From the NCBI GenBank assembly GCA_964230645.1, contig CAXRHT010000002.1, forward strand, positions 1,056,001 through 1,120,000: a DNA stretch of 64,000 nucleotides. Reading direction: 5' to 3'. The notes under the pieces were generated by a model, which worked only from the letters and a program-made list of their open reading frames with translations, was not told the origin of the DNA and made no database searches. The stretch is from Bdellovibrionales bacterium. Its GTDB lineage: Bacteria; Bdellovibrionota; Bdellovibrionia; Bdellovibrionales; JAGQZY01. Position 1 is the stretch's first letter; each line of letters starts with the position of its first letter. Below, piece by piece: positions 29,148 to 39,692 of the stretch. Made by a program: the position numbers and the translations under genes.

Positions 29148-30344
29148 ATGTCGTTGCGCGTCTTACTGGCCGATGAAAGTGCGTCCATTCGAAAAGTTTT
29201 TCAAATGGGGCTTCAGGATTATGGTGCTGAAGTTAAAAGCGTCCACAATGGGTTGGATGTCATTGAAGTGGCCGAAAAGTTCAAACCGGATATTATTTTT
29301 GCCGATATTCTCCTGCAGAAAAAGAACGGCTATGAGGTCTCCAAAGAGGTGGGCGAGCACGACAATTTAGCCAGTGTTCCGGTGGTTCTCATGTGGAGCT
29401 CATTTATGGAGCTTGATCGCGCCCAATACAAAGACTGTGGCGCCCAAGGCGAACTTGAAAAGCCCTTTGACGTGGAAGCCATGAGAACCACAATTCAAAA
29501 CCTTGTGGGCCAAACTCAGTCGCAAATGATCTCTAGCTTTTTGAAGTTCCCCGATAGCATCACCGAGGACTTTCAGGAGGAAGAGGAAAAAAAGTCCAAA
29601 AACCCTCAACCTGCCTCCCCTTCACCGACAAGTGAGCCTATCTCAGAACCAGCCGAACCCATGAAGCTTGAGGAAGACGATGAAAGCCCGGTGCCCCAAT
29701 TGGCTTTAGAAGAAGAAGAGGATGACTACAAAGAAGAGGCCTCCTTTTTTAACACTCAGGCCCTTGATGATGAAGACGAGAGTGAAAATGAGGAGGAATT
29801 CAATATGTATGAGGTTCCTTCTGCCACTCAGATCAAAGAAACTAAAGAAGAAGCCACTTCTCAGAAAAGCCCAATATCAGCCTCCCCTGAGGAGGACGAT
29901 ATTCAGGAGAGCTGGCAGGCTCGCCCCTTAAACCATGACAACTTCGCTGGGAGTGAAGAACCTGAGCCTGAGGATCAAGAGGATAATTTTCAATCGATGA
30001 ACTTGAACGAGGACAAAAAATTGGACCTCAATGAGTTCCTCTATCGCCCCGAAAAGCCCGCTCCTCCAGCTCCAAAGCCTGAGCGTAGACAGGCGCCTCC
30101 CGAAAAAGATCCCTCCATAAAAGTGCGCGCTGTGAATATCCCCGATTATGAAGACACCATGATCAGCCCAAATTCCGTGAGTCCTGAGGAAACGGAAGCG
30201 ATCATTCGCTCGGAAACTCGAGCCTTCCTTATGAGCTATGTGCAGAAAGAATTCCCAAATCTACTTGAAAAAATAGTCAGACAGGAGTTAGAAAAGGTGG
30301 TTCAACAAGAACTGGCTTTAAAAGAAACTCCGTCTGAACCATGA
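29148..30344 (+). CDS. romR: RomR-like polarity response regulator (REC + acidic/Pro-rich linker + C-terminal helix)
   Basis: N-terminal REC (VLLADES..DIIFAD), long D/E/P-rich disordered region, C-terminal helical PNLLEKIVRQEL; architecture of Myxococcus/Bdellovibrio RomR. Confidence 0.65.
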   Translation: MSLRVLLADESASIRKVFQMGLQDYGAEVKSVHNGLDVIEVAEKFKPDIIFADILLQKKNGYEVSKEVGEHDNLASVPVVLMWSSFMELDRAQYKDCGAQGELEKPFDVEAMRTTIQNLVGQTQSQMISSFLKFPDSITEDFQEEEEKKSKNPQPASPSPTSEPISEPAEPMKLEEDDESPVPQLALEEEEDDYKEEASFFNTQALDDEDESENEEEFNMYEVPSATQIKETKEEATSQKSPISASPEEDDIQESWQARPLNHDNFAGSEEPEPEDQEDNFQSMNLNEDKKLDLNEFLYRPEKPAPPAPKPERRQAPPEKDPSIKVRAVNIPDYEDTMISPNSVSPEETEAIIRSETRAFLMSYVQKEFPNLLEKIVRQELEKVVQQELALKETPSEP

Positions 30345-31171
30345 TAGAAAAATTTATTGAAGAAGCATTTAACGAAGACCTGCCCGCTGGTGACATCACC
30401 ACCGAGTCCCTTTCCATTCCCAGTCATTTTGGTGTGGCACAACTCATCGCTAAACAAGACCTTATTCTCTCTGGCCAAGATCTTTTCACGAGAGCCGTCA
30501 AGTACGTCGACTCAGAGCTTGAGCTAAAATGGTTTTTTAAAGACGGCGACTCGATTCTTAATCGGCAATCGGTTTGCCAAATTCAAGGCAATCTCACTGA
30601 ACTTCTGAAGGCCGAAAGAGTGGCTCTTAATTTCCTAGGTTACCTCAGTGGAATTGCGACAACGACCCATGAATTTGCAAAGGCCTGTGGTGAGTCCAAG
30701 ACAAAAATTCTTGATACTAGGAAAACTCTCCCTCTTTATAGAGAGTGGTCCAAAAAAGCCGTCGTCGATGGTGGAGGTAAAAATCACCGTATGAATTTGA
30801 GTGACAAAATCCTAGTCAAAGAAAACCACCTGCATCTTACAGGGGGACTTGAGAGTTGCGTGGCTAAGATTCGTGAAAACTCCTCCAAAGAGATTGAAGT
30901 AGAAGTTAAAAATCTTGATGAAGTGAAAGAGGCCATTCAACTTGGGGTCAACCGAATCATGCTCGATAATATGTCTTTAGAGGACATGAAAAAAGCTTTA
31001 GAAATCACTCCTAAAACCATTGAAACGGAAGCCAGTGGGAATATGACTTTAGACAGAATTCCTGAGGTGGCCGCTCTTGGTGTTGATTTTATCAGTGTTG
31101 GAGCCCTTACCCACAGTGTGAAAACAGCGGATTTCTCTCTTCTGTTCGACTGGGAGCCGGATGTCGATTAA
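30341..31171 (+). CDS. nadC: Nicotinate-nucleotide pyrophosphorylase (carboxylating)
   Basis: ERVALNFL, DTRKTLP, NHRMNLSD, EASGN, ISVGALTHS. Confidence 0.95.
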   Translation: MIEKFIEEAFNEDLPAGDITTESLSIPSHFGVAQLIAKQDLILSGQDLFTRAVKYVDSELELKWFFKDGDSILNRQSVCQIQGNLTELLKAERVALNFLGYLSGIATTTHEFAKACGESKTKILDTRKTLPLYREWSKKAVVDGGGKNHRMNLSDKILVKENHLHLTGGLESCVAKIRENSSKEIEVEVKNLDEVKEAIQLGVNRIMLDNMSLEDMKKALEITPKTIETEASGNMTLDRIPEVAALGVDFISVGALTHSVKTADFSLLFDWEPDVD

Positions 31172-31877
31172 TCTGTTCACTCATCAGTGGGCAGAGAGTA
31201 AACATCTTTCCCACCAATATTTCCCAGAAATTGAAAGTACAAATGATGTGGCTAAAAAAGAGTTTTCAAAACTCAAAACAGCTTTTCATCTCTACCTGAG
31301 TGACCATCAAACTCGTGGACGTGGCCGCAATCAAAGCTCTTGGCAAAATCTGGCTCAGGGAGAAATACTTCTAAGCACTTGGTGTTTTAGAACCGACAAA
31401 GCTCTCCAACCCTTACTCACCCCTCGCCTGGGTCTGGCCCTTTACGAGAGCCTTTTTGACACCTGGCCTACTGCGCTTCCCTTACTTCGGATCAAAGCTC
31501 CCAATGATCTTTATATTGGTGAGAAAAAACTGAGTGGAATTCTTGTTGAAGTGAGCCAGCAGGGATCAAACACCGACGTGTTTATCGGACTTGGCCTCAA
31601 TGTCTTAGGGAAACCACAAATTGAACAACCCACCACTTGTCTCAAAGACTTTGTGGAGCAACCTAAAAATAATTGGTTTAAATTTTGCGATCGACTTTTA
31701 AAAAAGTGGCAAGACGTTTTAGCGATGAGCGATCAGACTGAGCTCACCAAGGTGGAACAAGGAAAGCTTTTAAAAGCTCTTAATGTGGGCTTGCCGGCTG
31801 AAAAAAAGTATCTTGATGTGAGTGCAAAATGTGATTTATCGACAAGAGAAACGAAAGTCTCTTGGATGGATCTTTAA
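31161..31877 (+). CDS. birA: Biotin--protein ligase (group I, no HTH)
   Basis: ESTND, QTRGRGR, IKAPNDL, KKLSGILVE, GLGLN. Confidence 0.9.
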   Translation: MSINLFTHQWAESKHLSHQYFPEIESTNDVAKKEFSKLKTAFHLYLSDHQTRGRGRNQSSWQNLAQGEILLSTWCFRTDKALQPLLTPRLGLALYESLFDTWPTALPLLRIKAPNDLYIGEKKLSGILVEVSQQGSNTDVFIGLGLNVLGKPQIEQPTTCLKDFVEQPKNNWFKFCDRLLKKWQDVLAMSDQTELTKVEQGKLLKALNVGLPAEKKYLDVSAKCDLSTRETKVSWMDL

Positions 31878-31891
31878 AAAAGGAGACGAAA

Positions 31892-32434
31892 ATGGGAAAA
31901 GCCTTTGCTATCACCTTTGGTGCTTTACTGATCTTAGCCGGTTTTATTCTCTATCGGACAGGCTACTTTCAGCCCGTCGAACTGACCGCCGGTAAACAAG
32001 GCCCCTTCCTCCTTGCCTACAAAGTGCATAAAGGTCCTTACCATAAAATTGCTCCGGTCATCGATGAGGTGGAAAACTTTTTTGAAGAAAAGGGACTCCC
32101 CTGCCCCTTAGCCTTTGGGAGATTTCTTCATGATCCCAACACTGTAGAACATGATCGTCTCGAAAGCCATGGAGGCTGCGCTTTCCCCGCTGAAACAGAA
32201 CAGCTTAAAGAGCTTATCGCAAATGGGGATCTTAAAACGGATCGTCTTGAAAAGGAAGAGTACGTGGTCGCAGTCTTTAAAGGCTCGCCATCCATTGGTC
32301 CCTTTGTCGTCTACCCCAAGGTCAAAGAATGGATGGCGAAATACGATTATAAAATCACGGGTCCCGTAATAGAGCTTTATCAAACCACGGGAGCTGATTC
32401 TCTCACCACTCGCTACTTATTCCCCTACCTTTAA
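31892..32434 (+). CDS. GyrI-like small-molecule-binding domain protein, membrane-anchored
   Basis: N-terminal TM, HKGPYHKI, GPVIELY; AAGGAG RBS. Confidence 0.75.
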   Translation: MGKAFAITFGALLILAGFILYRTGYFQPVELTAGKQGPFLLAYKVHKGPYHKIAPVIDEVENFFEEKGLPCPLAFGRFLHDPNTVEHDRLESHGGCAFPAETEQLKELIANGDLKTDRLEKEEYVVAVFKGSPSIGPFVVYPKVKEWMAKYDYKITGPVIELYQTTGADSLTTRYLFPYL

Positions 32435-32541
32435 ATCTCAATACTCTGTTTTTAATAATTTCAAAATGATATTGGGAACACCCCTGTCTGGAATATCATC
32501 GAATTATAGGAGATAATTAAAAGAACACAGGGGAGCGGTAT

Positions 32542-33429
32542 ATGAGGACCAAGGGTTTTACACTTGTTGAAGTTGTCGTGGTAATGGGGCTTCTCGGTAT
32601 TGTTACACTTCTAAGCTTCACCGTTATTTCAAACACGCTGAAATCCACTAATTTTTCAGAAGATCGATTGTCGAAAGTGCTTTTTACTCAGTCAGTACAG
32701 TCCGTTTTGGCGGATTACCAAGCTTGTCGAAACACTCTCAATGGAGTTAATGTTGGGGCTCTGGGCTCCGATCAAAATTTAAATGCCCTCCGCGATAAGC
32801 TCAACAATATTGTCTACTCAACGTCGGGAGCCTCAGATTCTTTTGAAAATCTCAACATTGAACGCATTCGACTGGTAAACCGTGACATCAATGCCGGCTC
32901 TCAATTTGGGCGAGTCAGTCTTTTTTTTCATGTCGAAAGAGAGCGTAAAGGGGGAGGGCCCGCTCAATTTGTAACAGATCCTATTGATATACGAGTCGTG
33001 CTGAATCCTGCGACTAATACTATCAACGGATGTGCCACCTTGGGCAATGCTGGTGGCCCCTCTCAGATATTAAAGTTTTCAGAAGTTGGCCCGACGGTTA
33101 TTTCTGGCTTTTCAGAAACCGATATTATGACCTTCTCACTTGATAGAATTGCCGCTCCGTCTGAGATTCACTTGTCGGTTCACCTGGGGGGTACCGATAT
33201 CGTTTGGACGACCTTTCGCCTTTACCGAGGCACAACTCTCATTGCAAGTTGGACGGACGGTACGTCCCATTCTCTTGGCGCAGCAATAAGAACGACCTAC
33301 GATCAATACAATACGTCCTTTGCCTCTGGGACCCAAAACTATCGTTTAACAGCTGAAAGGCTTTCTCACCCCTCTTACGGAACAGCACCTATGCATGTGG
33401 GAGGAAGAACTGTTATTTTTAAACAGTGA
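32542..33429 (+). CDS. Prepilin-type (type IV/T2SS) protein with extended C-terminal domain
   Basis: KG|FTLVEVVVVMGLL class III signal peptide with E5. Confidence 0.85.
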   Translation: MRTKGFTLVEVVVVMGLLGIVTLLSFTVISNTLKSTNFSEDRLSKVLFTQSVQSVLADYQACRNTLNGVNVGALGSDQNLNALRDKLNNIVYSTSGASDSFENLNIERIRLVNRDINAGSQFGRVSLFFHVERERKGGGPAQFVTDPIDIRVVLNPATNTINGCATLGNAGGPSQILKFSEVGPTVISGFSETDIMTFSLDRIAAPSEIHLSVHLGGTDIVWTTFRLYRGTTLIASWTDGTSHSLGAAIRTTYDQYNTSFASGTQNYRLTAERLSHPSYGTAPMHVGGRTVIFKQ

Positions 33430-33459
33430 TTGAAATCTATTAAAACACTCCAAGCACCT

Positions 33460-34101
33460 TCATGGTCCGGTTGGAAGCGCTCCGAGACGAACCACTTGCA
33501 CACCAATGGCAGTATTAAGATTACATGTCGTCTCCCCTTCGGGGCACATTACTAAACGGAAACATGCATCTGCAGGTGTATTGCAGCGGCGCCAATGATT
33601 CGTTGAGGTGTCGGGAACAGTGATATTCACTCTTTTTTCTCCTGCCTGCATCGTAGGAAGTGTTGAACTCGGCAGAGCCGTTATTGGACTTGTCGTAGGA
33701 GCGGTGCCGTAATGAGTCCAGTCAAGATGGTTGGGATTCGATGAAGCACAAAAGGTTTTTTGGTCCGTTCCCTTTCCCACATCAACGCAAAGCCCTTGCG
33801 AGGAATTGATACAAAGAGTGTGACCATCAATGGTCACCGGGCTAAAACCAGCGCCATGACTGCAAGTGGGATCTAAGCGAGCAAGTACCCAAGCTCGTTT
33901 AATTTTTTGTCCTAGCAAAGCCTGCATGGATGATTTGATCGCCTCCATATGTTGCCGTCTTGCTCTTAATTTGTGAGCGGATATGAAAACAGTGGAGAGC
34001 TGTAAAATAACAAGAGCCGCAACAGAGACAACTCCAAAGGCAATTAATAAACTCATCATGCCTTTTTCATTTCCTAAAGTTTTTTTAAAAAGCAAACTCA
34101 T
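33460..34101 (-). CDS. Minor pilin-like protein (PilX-type, Cys-rich)
   Basis: Start 34101 (ATGA overlap); NEKG|MMSLLIAFGVV hydrophobic helix lacking E5; multiple Cys. Confidence 0.65.
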   Translation of the reverse strand: MSLLFKKTLGNEKGMMSLLIAFGVVSVAALVILQLSTVFISAHKLRARRQHMEAIKSSMQALLGQKIKRAWVLARLDPTCSHGAGFSPVTIDGHTLCINSSQGLCVDVGKGTDQKTFCASSNPNHLDWTHYGTAPTTSPITALPSSTLPTMQAGEKRVNITVPDTSTNHWRRCNTPADACFRLVMCPEGETTCNLNTAIGVQVVRLGALPTGP

Positions 34102-34904
34102 GAGCCTTCCCCCACCTGGAAAAAATAGATATCTCCGTAAAGGGACTCTCCCTGCCCAAAACCATTGGTGATGGCATTGTTGGCCATGGGAATAAACAAA
34201 TGCTGAGTGGTATCGACATAGCGAGCACCGGTTTGGCAAGCGGCATTCCCTAACTGTGATGCCGGACAGTAATGCCACTGTGTTTTGATCGTTGTTAAAA
34301 AGCGTCTGGTGACAACGCGGACATGGGCCATTCGAACAGGAGCTCCAGAATTGGATAAGGAAGAGCCCGGCTTAATTTCAAGCTCCACTATGGAGTCGTA
34401 AACCACATCCGGATCGTGAGAACTAATGGTAACTGGTCCGAATCCAGGAGAGGAAGAAGAAATAACCAATTGACCGGACTGTTGGATACTTGGATTTTTA
34501 AAGTAGAGTCCTGTGGCACGAATATCACTAGTGGGATTGGCGGGGTCTGGCGCTCCGGCCTCTCTTAAAAAAGCTCCCAACGTGATATATTGGGAGTTTG
34601 TATTGCTATTAACAAAACCAGAGTTGAAATCTCTTAGGAGACCGGGATTATTTCCAATATTAGTAATGGGGGAAGTGGTCCAATTCACGCGTAAGGCTCT
34701 TCCTAAATAACTATTGAGTGAAAAAGCCAAAGACTGCTCTTCATTCCACTTTTCAGCGGTGTCTTGCGCAACCACACTCGCACGAGTGATATCCAGAAGA
34801 CCTTTTCCAGCCATCATCACAACAATTCCGCTGACAGCTAAAGCCACTACGATTTCCGTAAGAGAAAAACCTTTATTAGACTTTAGAGTTTTATTAAGGG
34901 TCAT
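34098..34904 (-). CDS. Minor pilin (PilW/PulJ-type)
   Basis: Start 34904; SNKG|FSLTEIVVALAVSG class III signal. Confidence 0.8.
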   Translation of the reverse strand: MTLNKTLKSNKGFSLTEIVVALAVSGIVVMMAGKGLLDITRASVVAQDTAEKWNEEQSLAFSLNSYLGRALRVNWTTSPITNIGNNPGLLRDFNSGFVNSNTNSQYITLGAFLREAGAPDPANPTSDIRATGLYFKNPSIQQSGQLVISSSSPGFGPVTISSHDPDVVYDSIVELEIKPGSSLSNSGAPVRMAHVRVVTRRFLTTIKTQWHYCPASQLGNAACQTGARYVDTTQHLFIPMANNAITNGFGQGESLYGDIYFFQVGEGS

Positions 34905-36645
34905 CCCCATCATCATCCTCTGCTTCTTCTGCGGCTTCAAGTGCTGCTTGCGCTGCTTCAAGGGCGGCTTGTGCTGCATCAAGTGCGGCTTGGGCTTCTG
35001 CCGCGGTATCTGCGGCCGCTTTGGATGCAACTTCTCCAACGGCCCCCATACTAGACATTGAGCCAGCCGCCGTCTGTGCAGCACCGGCTGCTGATACAGC
35101 GGCTTGAGCCGAAGAAACAGCGGCTTGAGCTGAGGCAACAGCTGCCGAAGCAGAACTCACAGTATTACCAGGAGGACCTAAACCACCCACGGCTGACTGA
35201 GCGGCCCCGAGGGCACTTTGGGCATTATTCATCGCGCCTGAGAAACTATTCATTTTGGCATCATTCACAGGCGTGACATCATAACTAAGAGCATTGATGG
35301 ACTGACCGGTCATAGAGGCTGCTTTTTGAGCCGCGGAGTAAGAGCTAAACTCCACCCCTCCCACTTCGTAACCATTGCCGTTATCATCGTTACTTCCATC
35401 AGGATCTATATTTTGAGTGGGACCGCCACCCGTAACGTTGTTCATCACCGTTTTATTAGAGAGGTTTCCCACTCCGTCAAAAACCACAGCATGAACAGTC
35501 AGACGACAGTCTGACTTTAAACTCCGATTGATTGTCATGGTGATCGATCCTAAGTCCTCATCAATATCCACGGAGTTAGGAGTTTCCCCACAAATTCTCA
35601 TAGTGTCACAAGGTCCCCAGTCCCTATTTCCGTTGGAATAGGTTAGTACCCGCTTGGCCGACGGGCTATAGTATCCCGATTCGTATTTACAACTAAGGAA
35701 GGAACCCGAGCGAAGACTTGGAATCTCTATAACCACCCCTCCTGAATTAATTGTTACATCGGGAGGGTCAATAGTGTCGTCACGAAAATCGTATTGGAAT
35801 TTTTCAACCACCGAACACTGGGGTCCACTGCCAGACTCCTCTTGTTGCTGCTCTTCTTCGAGGTTACCTTTATTAGAAACCTGACCAAATATTTCTACTT
35901 CAAAACCAATATCGGCATCATAGTTAGAGAAATCAGCAAATCCAAAAGCGTGAGCTTCAGGCGGTTCAGTATTAGCGTAAGGTCTGACATTAATGGGAGA
36001 ACTACAGGGAAGAATGGCTCCCGTTTTAAAATCAAATGGTCGAATTCGAATCGATCCATTGACTTCAAAACCCTCCTCTTCAAAATCATCCATGTTTTCA
36101 TCATGAACGAGATTGTAAAGAGGTCCTCCCTTATAAATCATCATTCCATATTGCGCTCCACAAACCTGTGAGGTGTAGGCATTGTAAATAGTAGAAATAA
36201 GATTCATAGAACTGAAGATAAGTCTTGGAGAATGAGCGATATATTTGTTGGTACCACTATTCCAGGCCATGACTTTTTTGCCAGGCCATCTTTGAGAAAC
36301 AAGAGCGTCGGGAGTTCCTTGCTCGGCTCGTACCCCCCCATCATTGAGGCCTTCAAACTGTTTTTTATCACTCAACCACTGAACATTGCTAAAATAAACA
36401 CTACTGTGTCGAATCGGAGCGCGGTAGACTTTCGTCTGGATACCATTGGCTCTAATGCGATTCATCACACTGGAAGCAAAGTTATTGCAGGTGTTTGGTT
36501 TTTCGAACTGTTGTTTTTGTCCTTTCATTTGGGTGGTTATTGCTGGCATTGCGATTAGAAAAACGCTGAGCAATAGAAAACTCGAAATTAAAACAACGAC
36601 AAGGGTCTCCCCTTTATTATTTTTTAATAGATTTAATGTCCCCAT
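34894..36645 (-). CDS. Large pilin-like protein with Ala/Gln-rich helical and acidic C-terminus
   Basis: NNKG|ETLVVVLISSFLLL; C-terminal AAQAALDAAQAALEAA repeats. Confidence 0.65.
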   Translation of the reverse strand: MGTLNLLKNNKGETLVVVLISSFLLLSVFLIAMPAITTQMKGQKQQFEKPNTCNNFASSVMNRIRANGIQTKVYRAPIRHSSVYFSNVQWLSDKKQFEGLNDGGVRAEQGTPDALVSQRWPGKKVMAWNSGTNKYIAHSPRLIFSSMNLISTIYNAYTSQVCGAQYGMMIYKGGPLYNLVHDENMDDFEEEGFEVNGSIRIRPFDFKTGAILPCSSPINVRPYANTEPPEAHAFGFADFSNYDADIGFEVEIFGQVSNKGNLEEEQQQEESGSGPQCSVVEKFQYDFRDDTIDPPDVTINSGGVVIEIPSLRSGSFLSCKYESGYYSPSAKRVLTYSNGNRDWGPCDTMRICGETPNSVDIDEDLGSITMTINRSLKSDCRLTVHAVVFDGVGNLSNKTVMNNVTGGGPTQNIDPDGSNDDNGNGYEVGGVEFSSYSAAQKAASMTGQSINALSYDVTPVNDAKMNSFSGAMNNAQSALGAAQSAVGGLGPPGNTVSSASAAVASAQAAVSSAQAAVSAAGAAQTAAGSMSSMGAVGEVASKAAADTAAEAQAALDAAQAALEAAQAALEAAEEAEDDDGDDP

Positions 36646-36753
36646 AGATTATCCCATTTGCTTTATGTTACCATAGGGACTGAACACATATAAGGAAAGC
36701 CATTTGAATTCGTTCCAAAATGAAACAAATGGTATTACTTTTCTGGAGAATCT

Positions 36754-37149
36754 ATGAACAAAAGGCCTTACCTTCACAAAAGAAGCTTACTTGTTGATCG
36801 CAATGTCCAAATTCCAATTCTCGTATACTCCATTGCCGTTTCCACACTGGGCGTAACATTAGCGGCTGCATTTGCCGTCTATGGAGCCCACCTCATCAAT
36901 TTCAGAGTGGACTTTACTTCTTCTCTGATTTTTGTAGTCGGTTGCGCCTTCTTTTGTTACTCGATCATGATGATCGCAGGGCTTTATCTTACCAATAAAA
37001 TCGCTGGCCCCATTTATCGAATGCATATGCATATGAAAGATGTTTGCGACGGCAAAGATCCTGAGCCCTTAACGACAAGAGACGACGACTTTGTCAATAA
37101 AGACCTTATTAACCAATATAACCTTCTGGTGAAAAAACTTAAGAATTAG
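36754..37149 (+). CDS. 2-TM membrane protein with HAMP-like C-terminus
   Basis: Two TM helices then NKIAGPIYRM...RDDD. Confidence 0.6.
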   Translation: MNKRPYLHKRSLLVDRNVQIPILVYSIAVSTLGVTLAAAFAVYGAHLINFRVDFTSSLIFVVGCAFFCYSIMMIAGLYLTNKIAGPIYRMHMHMKDVCDGKDPEPLTTRDDDFVNKDLINQYNLLVKKLKN

Positions 37150-37200
37150 AAAAATTTTGGGGAAAATCAAAATTAAGTAGAGAGTCCCCACAAAAAACTC

Positions 37201-37248
37201 AAAAAAAAAAGCACTGTCATCAATTGGACCCCCAAAAACAACAGTGCT
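37201..37248 (-). terminator. Intrinsic terminator of the aconitase gene
   Basis: agcactgt...acagtgct stem followed by a T-tract on the minus strand. Confidence 0.8.
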
Positions 37249-37282
37249 CTATTTGCTTCAATTAAAAAGTTAGCCCTCTGGA

Positions 37283-39547
37283 CTACCCTTCTTTTCTTAG
37301 AAGGTTCAAGGCCGAACCGGCTTCAAACCACTTGATTTGCTCTTTATTATAAGTGTGTTTTAGCTCGGCGGTGTCTTTGCTGCCATCTTTATGAGTGATC
37401 TCAAGCTGAAGATTCTTGCCGGGCTCAAAAGACTTTAATCCTTTGATAGCCACACGATCTTCCTCTTGAATTTTGTCATAGTCTGCGGGATTAGCAAAAG
37501 TCAGAGCGAGAACCCCTTGTTTTTTAAGGTTTGTTTCATGAATCCTTGCAAAGCTTCTTACAACAACAGCACGGGCTCCAAGAAAACGTGGAGTCATGGC
37601 AGCGTGTTCACGGCTTGAACCTTCTCCGTAGTTTTCATCACCAACGATAATCCAATCTTGTCCTTTGGATTTGTAATCGCGGCCAATTTTAGAAAACTCT
37701 TTAGAAGTTTCGCCAGTTAGTACATTTTTACCCATTCCGGATTCACCGGTGAATGCGTTTTCTGCTGTGATCAACATATTGTCTGAAATATTATCGAGGT
37801 GTCCTCGAAACTTAAGCCACTTACCGGCGGGACTAATATGATCCGTCGTACATTTACCTTTGGCTTTGGCTAGAACAACCATGTCTGTGAGATCTTCTCC
37901 TTCCCAAGCTTTAAACGGCTCAAGAATTTGTAGACGATTAGATCCTTCTTTAACTTTGACATCCACATCAGACCCTTGTGGCTCTTGATAACCTTCAAGG
38001 TCAGCCACAAAGCCTTGCTCGGGATACTCAGGCGCCTCGGGGGCTTTGAGTTTAATTTTTCCTGAAGGAGTATCAAGCTCATCCGTGGCAGGGTTGAAAT
38101 CCAACCTTCCCGCTAAGCCCAAGGCCATGACGGTTTCAGGACTTCCAATAAAAGAAAGTGTTTCTGGATTGGCGTCGTTTCTTCCTTTAAAGTTTCTATT
38201 GAAACTTGTGACGATCGTATTTTTCTCACCTTTTTTGAAGTCGTCTCTGCGCCATTGCCCGATACAAGGACCACAGGCATTGGCCAAAACAGTGGCGCCC
38301 ACATCGTTAAGAGTTTCCATTTGGCCATCACGCTCGATCGTGTTTTGAATCATATTCGATCCTGGAGAGACCATAAAAGTTTGTGGCATCTTTTTAACCC
38401 CGGCGGACTTTGCTTGTTCTGCGACATCAGCCGCTCTTCCGATATCTTCGTATGAGGAGTTAGTGCAAGAACCGATAAGGGCCGCGGAAAGATCAGTGGG
38501 CCAGCCCTCTTTTTTCGCTGTTTCTGCGAGTTCTGAAAGCGGATGCGCTAAATCGGGCGTATGAGGCCCAACTAAATGAGGTTCCAATTTATCAAGATCA
38601 ATTTCAATGACTTGGTCGTAGTACTTCTCAGGGCTTGCAATCACTTCCGCATCGGCGTGAAGAAGATCTTTATTTTTATCTGCAATGGCTGCAAGTTCTG
38701 CGCGACTCGTAACCTCAAGATATTTTTTCATGCGCGAGTCATAAGGGAAAATAGAGCAAGTGGCTCCAAGTTCTGCTCCCATATTTGTAATGGTTCCTTT
38801 ACCTGTACAGCTAATCGACTCCGTTCCTTCTCCAAAGTACTCAACAATGCGGTCCGTTCCACCTTTTACACTTAAGATACCAAGAAGTTTTAAAATGACG
38901 TCTTTCGGAGAAGTCCAACCCTGTAGTTTTCCTTTTAAATGAACACCGATAAGTTGTGGGTTTTTCACTTCCCAAGGCATATCGGCCATAACATCAGAGG
39001 CATCTGCGCCCCCGACTCCCACTGCCACCATTCCTAAACCACCCGCATTGGGAGTGTGCGAGTCCGTACCGATCATTAGTCCACCAGGAAAAGCATAATT
39101 TTCAAGGACAACTTGGTGAATGATTCCAGCTCCTGGTTTCCAAAAGCCAATGCCATAGCGGCTAGAAGCTGTGGAAAGAAATTGGAAAACCTCATTGTTT
39201 TCCATCATCGAATTTTTCATATCTTCACTGGCCCCTTTGTAGGCTAAGATCAAGTGATCACAGTGAACGGTCGAAGGAACAGCCGCTTCTTCTTTTCCCG
39301 CCAACATAAACTGTAAAAGAGCCATTTGAGCTGTGGCGTCCTGCATAGCCACACGATCCGGGCGAAGCATAAGAAAACTTTTACCTCTTTCTAGTTCCTG
39401 GTTTTTAGGATCATCCAAGTGTCCGTAGAGAACTTTTTCGGCCAATGTGAGAGGTCTATTGATGCGCTCTTTAACAATTTTTAAGCGATCTCTGGTATTT
39501 TGATAAACCTTTTCAACTAGTTCTGGCGTGGTTTCAATAGTGGCCAT
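37283..39547 (-). CDS. acnA: Aconitate hydratase (mitochondrial/Bacteroidetes-type)
   Basis: [52 protein letters not shown]. Confidence 0.93.
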   Translation of the reverse strand: MATIETTPELVEKVYQNTRDRLKIVKERINRPLTLAEKVLYGHLDDPKNQELERGKSFLMLRPDRVAMQDATAQMALLQFMLAGKEEAAVPSTVHCDHLILAYKGASEDMKNSMMENNEVFQFLSTASSRYGIGFWKPGAGIIHQVVLENYAFPGGLMIGTDSHTPNAGGLGMVAVGVGGADASDVMADMPWEVKNPQLIGVHLKGKLQGWTSPKDVILKLLGILSVKGGTDRIVEYFGEGTESISCTGKGTITNMGAELGATCSIFPYDSRMKKYLEVTSRAELAAIADKNKDLLHADAEVIASPEKYYDQVIEIDLDKLEPHLVGPHTPDLAHPLSELAETAKKEGWPTDLSAALIGSCTNSSYEDIGRAADVAEQAKSAGVKKMPQTFMVSPGSNMIQNTIERDGQMETLNDVGATVLANACGPCIGQWRRDDFKKGEKNTIVTSFNRNFKGRNDANPETLSFIGSPETVMALGLAGRLDFNPATDELDTPSGKIKLKAPEAPEYPEQGFVADLEGYQEPQGSDVDVKVKEGSNRLQILEPFKAWEGEDLTDMVVLAKAKGKCTTDHISPAGKWLKFRGHLDNISDNMLITAENAFTGESGMGKNVLTGETSKEFSKIGRDYKSKGQDWIIVGDENYGEGSSREHAAMTPRFLGARAVVVRSFARIHETNLKKQGVLALTFANPADYDKIQEEDRVAIKGLKSFEPGKNLQLEITHKDGSKDTAELKHTYNKEQIKWFEAGSALNLLRKEG

Positions 39548-39692
39548 TGGCGAATCTCCTTAGGGTTTAAAATTCGCTCAAGTCTATGACAAACAGAGCC
39601 TAAGAACCAGCTCTGGCGCAGCAAGTTGATAGCCAGATGAGAATCTCTGGCTCTGAATTATAAAGGTTTTAAAGAGAAGAGGACCTTCTCTC

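Noticed and set aside
34905..35138. N-terminal extensions in the ORF track (also for the S41 protease, tex, 18421, 22435, 34278)
   Set aside because: Overlap neighbouring genes or precede better RBS/signal-peptide starts; starts were reassigned
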